DNA of 64,000 nt from Tubulanus polymorphus (taxonomy: Eukaryota > Animalia > Nemertea). The notes beneath the pieces are model-generated. The model saw only the letters and a program-made list of their open reading frames with translations. It had not been told where the DNA came from and did not search any database. Shown here piece by piece: positions 10,431 to 23,106 of the stretch. The stretch covers positions 310,001 through 374,000 of the forward strand of contig NC_134028.1 of NCBI RefSeq assembly GCF_964204645.1. Reading direction: 5' to 3'. Positions within the stretch are counted from its first letter, which is position 1, and every line of letters starts with the position of its first letter. The position numbers and the translations under genes are program-made.

Positions 10431-13400
10431 TTTGAAATCAGTTCAGTACACCCTAACCCATCAATTAAGATAGAACTCATAATCTTTAGGACCCTATTTT
10501 GCAAGAAAAATCTGTATCTTTCAGTCCATCTACTCGAAATCAGTTCAGTCTACCTTAACCTATCATTTCAGATCGAGTCCATCATCTTCAGGAGCATAAA
10601 TAGCCAGAAAATTCTTAATCTTTCCACCTATCTATTTGAAATCAGTTCAGTACACCCTAACCCATCAATTAAGATAGAACTCATCATCTTTAGGACCCTA
10701 TTTTGCAAGAAAAATCTGTATCTTTCAGTCCATCTGCTCGAAATCAGTTCAGTTTACCTTAACCTATCATTTCAGATCGAGTCCATCATCTTCAGGAGCA
10801 TAAATAGCCAGAAAATTCTTAATCTTTCCATCTATCTATTTGAAATCAGTTCAGTACACCCTAACCCATCAATTAAGATAGAATTCATCATCTTTAGGAC
10901 CCTATTTTGCAAGAAAAATCTGTATCTTTCAGTCCATCTACTCGAAATCAGTTCAGGTTTCCTTACCCTATCATTTCAGATCGAGTCCATCATCTTCAGG
11001 AGCATAAATAGCCAGAAAATTCTTAACCTTTCCACCTATCTATTTGAAATCAGTTCAATACGCCTTAACACATCTTTTCAGATTGAACCCATCATCTTCA
11101 GAACCAAAAGCAGCCATAAAATTCTGATTCTTTCAACCTATCTATTTGAAATCAGTTCAGTACACCCTAACCCATCAATTAAGATAGAACTCATCATCTT
11201 TAGGACCCTATTTTGCAAGAAAAGTTTGTATCTTTCAGTCCATCTACTCGAAATCAGTTCAGTTTACCTTAACCTATCATTTCAGATCGAGTCCATCATC
11301 TTCAGGAGCATAAATAGCCAGAAAATTCTTAATCTTTCCACCTATCTATTTGAAATCAGTTCAATACGCCTTAGCCCATCTTTTCAGATTGAGTCCATCA
11401 TCTTCAGAACCAAAGGCAGCCAGAAAATTCTGATTCTTTCCACCTATCTAATATTTGACATCAGTTCAGTACACCCTAACCCATCAATTAAGATAGAACT
11501 CATCAACTTTAGGACCCTATTTTGCAAGAAAAATCTGTATCTTTCAGTCCATCTACTCGAAATCAGTTCAGTCTACCTTAACCTATCATTTCAGATCGAG
11601 TCCATCATCTTCAGGAGCATAAATAGCCAGAAAATTCTTAATCTTTCCACCTATCTATTTGAAATCAGTTCAATACGCCTTAACCCATCTTTTCAGATTG
11701 AATCCATCATCTTCAGAACCAAAAGCAGCCAGAAAATTCTGATTCTTTCCACCTATCTATTTGAAATCAGTTCAGTACACCCTAACCCATCAATTAAGAT
11801 AGAATTCATCATCTTTAGGACCCTATTTTGCAAGAAAAATCTGTATCTTTCAGTCCATCTACTCGAAATCAGTTCAGTTTACCTTAACCTATCATTTCAG
11901 ATCGAGTCCATCATCTTCAGGAGCATAAATAACCAGAAAATTCTTAATCTTTCCACCTATCTATTTGAAATCAGTTCAATACGCCTTAACACATCTTTTC
12001 AGATTGAATCCATCATCTTCAGAACCAAAAGCGTTTACCTTAACCTATCATTTCAGATCGAGTCCATCATCTTCAGGAGCATAAATAGCCAGAAAATTCT
12101 TAATCTTTCCACCTATCTATTTGAAATCAGTTCAGTACACCCTAACCCATCAATTAAGATAGAACTCATCATCTTTAGGACCCTATTTTGCAAGAAAAAT
12201 CTGTATCTTTCAGTCCATCTACTCGAAATCAGTTCAGTCTACCTAAACCTATCATTTCAGATCGATTCCATCATCTTCAGGAGCATAAATAGCCAGAAAA
12301 TTCTTAATCATTCCACCTATCTATTTGAAATCAGTTCAATACGCCTTAACACATCTTTTCAGATTGAATCCATCATCTTCAAAACCAAAAGCAGCCAGAA
12401 AATTCTGATTCTTTCAACCTATCTATTTGAAATCAGTTCAGTACACACTAACCCATCAATTAAGATAGAATTCATCATCTTTAGGACCCTATTTTGCAAG
12501 AAAAATCTGTATCTTTCAGTCCATCTACTCGAAATCAGTTCAGTTTACCTTAACCTATCATTTCAGATCGAGTCCATCATCTTCAGGAGCATAAATAGCC
12601 AGAAAATTCTTAATCTTTCCACCTATCCATTTGAAATCAGTTCAATACGCCTTAACCCATCTTTTCAGATTGAATCAATCAACTTCAGAAGTATAAGCAG
12701 TCAGAAATTTCTGAATCTTTCAACCAATCTATTGAAAATCAGTTCAGTACACCCTAACCCATCAATTAAGATAGAATTTATCATCTTTAGGACCCTATTT
12801 TGCAAGAAAAATCTGTATCTTTCAGTCCATCTGCTCGAAATCAGTTCAGTTTACCTTAACCTATCATTTCAGATCGAGTCCATCATCTTCAGGAGCATAA
12901 ATAGCCAGAAAATTCTTAATCTTTCCACCTATCTATTTGAAATCAGTTCAATACGCCTTAACACATCTTTTCAGATTGAATCCATCATCTTCAGAACCAA
13001 AAGCTGCCAGAAAATTCTTAATCTTTCAACCTATCTATTTGAAATCAGTTCAGTACACCCTAACCCATCAATTAAGATAGAATTCATCATCTTTAGGACC
13101 CTATTTTGCAAGAAAAATCTGTATCTTTCAGTCCATCTACTCGAAATCAGTTCAGTTTACCTTAACCTATCATTTCAGATCGAGTCCATCATCTTCAGGA
13201 GCATAAATAGCCAGAAAATTCTTAATCTTTCCACCTATCTATTTGAAATCAGTTCAATACGCCTTAGCCCATCTTTTCAGATTCAGTCCATCATCTTCAG
13301 AACCAAAGGCAGCCAGAAAATTCTGATTCTTTCCAACTATCTATTTGAAATCAGTTCAGTTCACCCTACCCCATCAATTAAGGTAGAATTCATCATCTTT

Positions 13401-16400
13401 AGGACCCTATTTTGCAAGAAAAATCTGTATCTTTCAGTCCATCTACTCGAAATCAGTTCAGTTTACCTTAACCTATCATTTCAGATCGAGTCCATCATCT
13501 TCAGGAGCATAAATAGCCAGATAATTCTGAATCTTTCCACCTATCTATTTGAAATCAGTTCAATACGCCTTAGCCCATCTTTTCAGATTGAGTCCATCAT
13601 CTTCAGAACCAAAGGCAGCCAGAAAATGCTGATTCTTTCCACCTATCTATTTGAAATCAGTTCAGTTCACCCTAACCCATCAATTAAGATAGAATTCATC
13701 ATCTTTAGGACCCTATTTTGCAAGAAAAATCTGTATCTTTCAGTCCATCTACTCGAAATCAGTTCAGTTTACCTTAACCTATCATTTCAGATCGAGTCCA
13801 TCATCTTCAGGAGCATAAATAGCCAGAAAATTCTTAATCTTTCCACCTATCCATTTGAAATCAGTTCAGTACACCCTAACCCATCAATTAAGTTAGAATT
13901 CATCATCTTTAGGACCCTATTTTGCAAGAAAAATCTGTATCTTTCAGTCCATCTACTCGAAATCAGTTCAGTTTACCTTAACCTATCATTTCAGATCGAG
14001 TCCATCATCTTCAGGAGCATAAATAGCCAGAAAATTCTTAATCTTTCCACCTATCTATTTGAAATCAGTTCAATACGCCTTAGCCCATCTTTTCAGATTG
14101 AGTCCATCATCTTCAGAACCAAAGGCAGCCAGAAAATTCTGATTCTTTCCACCTATCTATTTGAAATCAGTTCAGTTCACCCTAACCCATCAATTAAGAT
14201 AGAATTCATCATCTTTAGGACCCTATTTTGCAAGCAAAATCTGTATCTTTCAGTCCATCTATTCGAAATCAGTTCAGTTTACCTTAACCTATCATTTCAG
14301 ATCGAGTCCATCATCTTCAGGAGCATAAATAGCCAGTAAATTCTTAATCTTTCCACCTATCTATTTGAAATCAGTTCAGTACACCCTAACCCATCAATTA
14401 AGATAGAACTCATCATCTATAGGACCCTATTTTGCAAGAAAAATCTGTATCTTTCAGTCCATCTACTCGAAATCAGTTCAGTCTACCTTAACCTATCATT
14501 TCAGATCGAGTCCATCATCTTCAGGAGCATAAATAGCCAGAAAATTCTTAATCTTTCCACCTATCTATTTGAAATCAGTTCAATACGCCTTAACACATCT
14601 TTTCAGATTGAATCCATCATCTTCAGAACCAAAAGCAGCCAGAAAATTCTGATTCTTGCCACCTATCTATTTGAAATCAGTTCAGTACACCCTAACCCAT
14701 CAATTAAGATAGAACTCATCAACTTTAGGACCCTATTTTGCAAGAAAAATCTGTATCTTTCAGTCCATCTACTCGAAATCAGTTCAGTCTACCTTAACCT
14801 ATCATTTCAGATCGAGTCCATCATCTTCAGGAGCATAAATAGCCAGAAAATTCTTAATCTTTCCACCTATCTATTTGAAATCAGTTCAATACGCCTTAAC
14901 CCATCTTTTCAGATTGAATCCATCATCTTCAGAACCAAAAGCAGCCAGAAAATTCTGATTCTTTCCACCTATCTATTTGAAATCAGTTCAGTACACCCTA
15001 ACCCATCAATTAAGATAGAATTCATCATCTTTAGGACCCTATTTTGCAAGAAAAATTTGTATCTTTCAGTCCATCTACTCGAAATCAGTTCAGTTTACCT
15101 TAACCTATCATTTCAGATCGAGTCCATCATCTTCAGGAGCATAAATAGCCAGAAAATTCTAAATCTTTCCACCTATCTATTTGAAATCAGTTCAGTACAC
15201 CCTAACCCATCAATTAAGATAGAACTCATCATCTTTAGGACCCTATTTTGCAAGAAAAATCTGTATCTTTCAGTCCATCTACTCGAAATCAGTTCAGTCT
15301 ACCTTAACCTATCATTTCAGATCGAGTCCATCATCTTCAGGAGCATAAATAGCCAGAAAATTCTTAATCTTTCCACCTATCTATTTGAAATCAGTTCAAT
15401 ACGCCTTAACACATCTTTTCAGATTGAATCCATCATCTTCAGAACCAAAAGCAGCCAGAAAATTCTGATTCTTTCAACCTATCTATTTGAAATCAGTTCA
15501 GTACACCCTAACCCATCAATTAAGATAGAATTTATCATCTTTAGGACCCTATTTTGCAAGAAAAATCTGTATCTTTCAGTCCATCTACTCGAAATCAGTT
15601 CAGTTTACCTTAACCTATCATTTCAGATCGAGTCCATCATCTTCAGGGGCATAAATAACCAGAAAATTCTTAATCTTTCCACCTATATATTTGAAATCAG
15701 TTCAGTACACCCTAACCCATCAATTAAGATAGAATTCATCATCTTTAGGACCCTATTTTGCAACAAAAATCTGTATCTTTCAGTCCATCTACTCGAAATC
15801 AGTTCAGTTTTCCTTACCCTATCATTTCAGATCGAGTCCATCATCTTTAGGAGCATAAATAGCCAGAAAATTCTTAATCTTTCCACCTATCTATTTGAAA
15901 TCAGTTCAGTACACCCTAACCCATCAATTAAGATAGAATTCATCATATTTAGGACCCTATTTTGCAAGAAAAATTTGTATCTTTCAGTCCATCTACTCGA
16001 AATCAGTTCAGTTTACCTTAACCTATCATTTCAGATCGAGTCCATCATCTTCAGGAGCATAAATAGCCAGAAAATTCTTAATCTTTCCACCTATCTATTT
16101 GAAATCAGTTCAATACGCCTTAGCCCATCTTTTCAGATTGAGTCCATCATCTTCAGAACCAAAGGCAGCCAGAAAATTCTGATTCTTTCCACCTATCTAT
16201 TTGAAATCAGTTCAGTTCACCCTAACCCATCAATTAAGATAGAATTTATCATCTTTAGGACCCTATTTTGCAAGAAAAATCTGTATCTTTCAGTCCATCT
16301 ACTCGAAATCAGTTCAGTTTACCTTAACCTATCATTTCAGATCGAGTCCATCATCTTCAGGAGCATAAATAGCCAGAAAATTCTTAATCTTTCCCCCTAT

Positions 16401-18416
16401 CCATTTGAAATCAGTTCAATACGCCTTAACCCATCTTTTCAGATTGAATCAATCAACTTCAGAAGTATAAGCAGTCAGAAATTTCTGAATCTTTCAACCA
16501 ATCTATTGAAAATCAGTTCAGTACACCCTAACCCAACAGTTAAGATAGAATTCATCATCTTTAGGACCCTATTTTGCAAGAAAAATCTGTATCTTTCAGT
16601 CCATCTACTCGAAATTAGTTCAGTTTACCTTAACCTATCATTTCAGATCGAGTCCATCATCTTCAGGAGCATAAATAGCCAGAAAATTCTTAATCTTTCC
16701 ACCTATCTATTTGAAATCAGTTCAATACGCCTTAACCCAACTTTTCAGATTGAATCCATCATCTTCAGAACCAAAAGCAGCCAGAAAATTCTGATTCTTT
16801 CTACCTATCTATTTGAAATCAGTTCAGTACACCCTAACCCATCAATTAAGATAGAATTCATCATCTTTAGGACCCTATTTTGCAAGAAAAATCTGTATCT
16901 TTCAGTCCATCTACTCGAAATCAGTTCAGTTTACCTTAACCTATCATTTCAGATCGAGTCCATCATCTTCAGGAGCATAAATAGCCAGAAAATTCTTAAT
17001 CTTTCCACCTATCTATTTGAAATCAGTTCAGTACACCCTAACCCATCAATTAAGATAGAACTGATCATCTTTAGGACCCTATTTTGCAAGAAAAATCTGT
17101 ATCTTTCAGTCCATCTACTCGAAATCAGTTCAGTCTACCTTAACCTATCATTTCAGATCGAGTCCATCATCTTCAGGAGCATAAATAGCCAGAAAATTCT
17201 TAATCTTTCCACCTATCTATTTGAAATCAGTTCAATACGCCTTAACACATCTTTTCAGATTGAATCCATCATCTTCAGAACCAAAAGCAGCCAGAAAATT
17301 CTGATTCTTTCAACCTATCTATTTGAAATCAGTTCAGTACACCCTAACCCATCAATTAAGATAGAATTCATCATCTTTAGGACCCTATTTTGCAACAAAA
17401 ATCTGTATCTTTCAGTCCATCTACTCGAAATCAGTTCAGTTTACCTTAACCTATCATTTCAGATCGAGTCCATCATCTTCAGGAGCATAAATAACCAGAA
17501 AATTCTTAATCTTTCCACCTATCTATTTGAAATCAGTTCAGTACACCCTAACCCATCAATTAAGATAGAACTCATCATCTTTAGGACCCTATTTTGCAAG
17601 AAAAATCTGTATCTTTCAGTCCATCTACTCGAAATCAGTTCAGTCTACCTTAACCTATCATTTCAGATCGAGTCAATCATCTTCAGGAGCATAAATAGCC
17701 AGAAAATTCTTAATCTATCGACCTATCTATTTGAAATCAGTTCAATACGCCTTAACACATCTTTTCAGATTGAATCCATTATCTTCAGAACCAAAAGCAG
17801 CCAGAAAATTCTGATTCTTTCAACCTATCTATTTGAAATCAGTTCAGTACACCCTAACCCATCAATTAAGATAGAATTTATCATCTTTAGGACCCTATTT
17901 TGCAAGAAAAATCTGTATCTTTCAGTCCATCTACTCGAAATCAGTTCAGTTTACCTTAACCTATCATTTCAGATCGAGTCCATCATCTTCAGGAGCATAG
18001 ATAGCCAGAAAATTCTTAATCTTTCCACCTATCTATTTGAAATCAGTTCAGTATACCTTAACCTATCATTTCAGATCGAGTCCATCATCTTCAGGAGCAT
18101 AAATAGCCAGAAAATTCTTAACCTTTCCACCTATCTATTTGAAATCAGTTCAATACGCCTTAGCCCATCTTTTCAGATTGAGTCCATCATCTTCAGAACC
18201 AAAGGCAGCCAGAAAATTCTTAATCTTTCCACCTATCTATTTGAAATCAGTTCTGTACACCCTAACCCATCAATTAAGATAGAATTCATCATCTTTAGGA
18301 CCCTATTTTGCAACAAAAATCTGTATCTTTCAGTCCATCTACTCGAAATCAGTTCAGTTTACCTTAACCTATCATTTCAGATCGAGTCCATCATCTTCAG
18401 GAGCATAGATAGCCAG

Positions 18417-21400
18417 AAAATTCTTAATCTTTCCACCTATCTATTTGAAATCAGTTCAGTACACCCTAACCCATCAATTAAGATAGAACTCATCATCTTT
18501 AGGACCCTATTTTGCAAGAAAAATCTGTATCTTTCAGTCCATCTACTCGAAATCAGTTCAGTCTACCTAAACCTATCATTTCAGATCGAGTCCATCATCT
18601 TCAGGAGCATAAATAGCCAGAAAATTCTTAATCATTCCACCTATCTATTTGAAATCAGTTCAATACGCCTTAACACATCTTTTCAGATTGAATCCATCAT
18701 CTTCAGAACCAAAAGCAGCCAGAAAATTCTGATTCTTTCAACCTATCTATTTGAAATCAGTTCAGTACACCCTAACCCATCAATTAAGATAGAATTCATC
18801 ATCTTTAGGACCCTATTTTGCAACAAAAATCTGTATCTTTCAGTCCATCTACTCGAAATCAGTTCAGTTTACCTTAACCTATCATTTCAGATCGCGTCCA
18901 TCATCTTCAGGAGCATAGATAGCCAGAAAATTCTTAATATTTCCACCTATCTATTTGAAATCAGTTCAGTACACCCTAACCCATCAATTAAGATAGAACT
19001 CATCATCTTTAGGACCCTATTTTGCAAGAAAAATCTGTATCTTTCAGTCCATCTACTCGAAATCAGTTCAGTTTACCTTAACCTATCATTTCAGATCGAG
19101 TCCATCATCTTCAGGAGCATAAATAGCCAGAAAATTCTTTATCTTTTCACCTATCTATTTGAAATCAGTTCAATACGCCTTAGCCCATCTTTTCAGATTG
19201 AGTCCATCATCTTCAGAACCAAAGGCAGCCAGAAAATTCTGATTCTTTCCACCTATCTATTTGAAATCAGTTCAGTACACCCTAACCCATCAATTAAGAT
19301 AGAATTCATCATCTTTAGGACCCTATTTTGCAAGAAAAATCTGTATCTTTCAGTCCATCTACTCGAAATCAGTTCAGTTTACCTTAACCTATCATTTCAG
19401 ATCGAGTCCATCATCTTCAGGAGCATAAATAGCCAGAAAATTCTTAATCTTTCCACCTATCTATTTGAAATCAGTTCAGTACACCCTAACCCATCAATTA
19501 AGATAGAATTCATCATCTTTAGGACCCTATTTTTCAAGAAAAATTTGTATCTTTCAGTCCATCTACTCGAAATCAGTTCAGTTTACCTTAACCTATCATT
19601 TCAGATCGAGTCCATCATCTTCAGGAGCATAAATAGCCAGAAAATTCTTAATCTTTCCACCTATCTATTTGAAATCAGTTCAATACGCCTTAGCCCATCT
19701 TTTCAGATTGAGTCCATCATCTTCAGAACCAAAGGCAGCCAGAAAATTCTTAATCTTTCCACCTATCTATTTGAAATCAGTTCAATACGCCTTAACCCAT
19801 CAATTAAGATAGAATTCATCATCTTTAGGACCCTATTTTGCAAGAAAAATCTGTATCTTTCAGTCCATCTACTCGAAATTAGTTCAGTTTACCTTAACCT
19901 ATCATTTCAGATCGAGTCCATCATCTTCAGGAGCATAAATAGCCAGAAAATTCTTAATCTTTCCACCTATCTATTTGAAATCAGTTCAATACGCCTTAAC
20001 ACATCTTTTCAGATTGAATCCATCATCTTCAGAACATAAAGCAGCCAGAAAATTCTGATTCTTTCCACCTATCTATTTGAAATCAGTTCAGTACACCCTA
20101 ACCCATCAATTAAGATAGAACTCATCATCTTTAGGACCCTATTTTGCAAGAAAAATCTGTATCTTTCAGTCCATCTACTCGAAATCAGTTCAGTCTACCT
20201 AACCTATCATTTCAGATCGAGTCCATCATCTTCAGGAGCATAAATAGCCAGAAAATTCTTAATCTTTCCACCTATCTATTTGAAATCAGTTCAATACGCC
20301 TTAGCCCATCTTTTCAGATTGAGTCCATCATCTTCAGAACCAAAGGCAGCCAGAAAATTCTGATTCTTTCCACCTATCTATTCGAAATAAGTTCAGTTCA
20401 CCCTAACCCATCAATTAAGATAGAATTTATCATCTTTAGGACCCTATTTTGCAAGAAAAATCTGTATCTTTCAGTCCATCTACTCGAAATCAGTTCAGTT
20501 TACCTTAACCTATCATTTCAGATCGAGTCCATCATCTTCAGGAGCATAAATAGCCAGAAAATTCTTAATCTTTCCACCTATCTATTTGAAATCAGTTCAG
20601 TACACCCTAACCCATCAATTAAGATAGAACTCATCATCTTTAGGACCCTATTTTGCAAGAAAAATCTGTATCTTTCAGTCCATCTACTCGAAATCAGTTC
20701 AGTCTACCTTAACCTATCATTTCAGATCGAGTCCATCATCTTCAGGAGCATAAATAGCCAGAAAATTCTTAATCTTTCCACCTATCTATTTGAAATCAGT
20801 TCAGTACACCCTAACCCATCAATTAAGATAGAACTCATCATCTTTAGGACCCTATTTTGCAAGAAAAATCTGTATCTTTCAGTCCATCTACTCGAAATCA
20901 GTTCAGTCTACCTAAACCTATCATTTCAGATCGAGTCCATCATCTTCAGGAGCATAAATAGCCAGAAAATTCTTAATCATTCCACCTATCTATTTGAAAT
21001 CAGTTCAATACGCCTTAACACATCTTTTCAGATTGAATCCATCATCTTCAGAACCAAAAGCAGCCAGAAAATTCTGATTCTTTCAACCTATCTATTTGAA
21101 ATCAGTTCAGTACACCCTAACCCATCAATTAAGATAGAATTCATCATCTTTAGGACCCTATTTTGCAACAAAAATCTGTATCTTTCAGTCCATCTACTCG
21201 AAATCAGTTCAGTTTACCTTAACCTATCATTTCAGATCGCGTCCATCATCTTCAGGAGCATAGATAGCCAGAAAATTCTTAATATTTCCACCTATCTATT
21301 TGAAATCAGTTCAGTACACCCTAACCCATCAATTAAGATAGAACTCATCATCTTTAGGACCCTATTTTGCAAGAAAAATCTGTATCTTTCAGTCCATCTA

Positions 21401-23106
21401 CTCGAAATCAGTTCAGTTTACCTTAACCTATCATTTCAGATCGAGTCCATCATCTTCAGGAGCATAAATAGCCAGAAAATTCTTAATCTTTTCACCTATC
21501 TATTTGAAATCAGTTCAATACGCCTTAGCCCATCTTTTCAGATTGAGTCCATCATCTTCAGAACCAAAGGCAGCCAGAAAATTCTGATTCTTTCCACCTA
21601 TCTATTTGAAATCAGTTCAGTACACCCTAACCCATCAATTAAGATAGAATTCATCATCTTTAGGACCCTATTTTGCAAGAAAAATCTGTATCTTTCAGTC
21701 CATCTACTCGAAATCAGTTCAGTTTACCTTAACCTATCATTTCAGATCGAGTCCATCATCTTCAGGAGCATAAATAGCCAGAAAATTCTTAATCTTTCCA
21801 CCTATCTATTTGAAATCAGTTCAGTACACCCTAACCCATCAATTAAGATAGAATTCATCATCTTTAGGACCCTATTTTTCAAGAAAAATTTGTATCTTTC
21901 AGTCCATCTACTCGAAATCAGTTCAGTTTACCTTAACCTATCATTTCAGATCGAGTCCATCATCTTCAGGAGCATAAATAGCCAGAAAATTCTTAATCTT
22001 TCCACCTATCTATTTGAAATCAGTTCAATACGCCTTAGCCCATCTTTTCAGATTGAGTCCATCATCTTCAGAACCAAAGGCAGCCAGAAAATTCTTAATC
22101 TTTCCACCTATCTATTTGAAATCAGTTCAATACGCCTTAACCCATCAATTAAGATAGAATTCATCATCTTTAGGACCCTATTTTGCAAGAAAAATCTGTA
22201 TCTTTCAGTCCATCTACTCGAAATCAGTTCAGTTTACCTTAACCTATCATTTCAGATCGAGTCCATCATCTTCAGGAGCATAAATAGCCAGAAAATTCTT
22301 AATCTTTCCACCTATCTATTTGAAATCAGTTCAATACGCCTTAACACATCTTTTCAGATTGAATCCATCATCTTCAGAACATAAAGCAGCCAGAAAATTC
22401 TGATTCTTTCCACCTATCTATTTGAAATCAGTTCAGTACACCCTAACCCATCAATTAAGATAGAACTCATCATCTTTAGGACCCTATTTTGCAAGAAAAA
22501 TCTGTATCTTTCAGTCCATCTACTCGAAATCAGTTCAGTCTACCTAACCTATCATTTCAGATCGAGTCCATCATCTTCAGGAGCATAAATAGCCAGAAAA
22601 TTCTTAATCTTTCCACCTATCTATTTGAAATCAGTTCAATACGCCTTAGCCCATCTTTTCAGATTGAGTCCATCATCTTCAGAACCAAAGGCAGCCAGAA
22701 AATTCTGATTCTTTCCACCTATCTATTCGAAATAAGTTCAGTTCACCCTAACCCATCAATTAAGATAGAATTTATCATCTTTAGGACCCTATTTTGCAAG
22801 AAAAATCTGTATCTTTCAGTCCATCTACTCGAAATCAGTTCAGTTTACCTTAACCTATCATTTCAGATCGAGTCCATCATCTTCAGGAGCATAAATAGCC
22901 AGAAAATTCTTAATCTTTCCACCTATCTATTTGAAATCAGTTCAGTACACCCTAACCCATCAATTAAGATAGAACTCATCATCTTTAGGACCCTATTTTG
23001 CAAGAAAAATCTTTATCTTTCAGTCCATCTACTCGAAATCAGTTCAGTCTACCTTAACCTATCATTTCAGATCGAGTCCATCATCTTCAGGAGCATAAAT
23101 AGCCAG
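18417..23106. repeat. Second pair of the 2345-bp higher-order repeat, inside the large duplication
   Basis: Stops at 20039/22384, ORF starts 20144/22489 and chimeras 19773/22118 are all offset by 2345. Confidence 0.87.
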
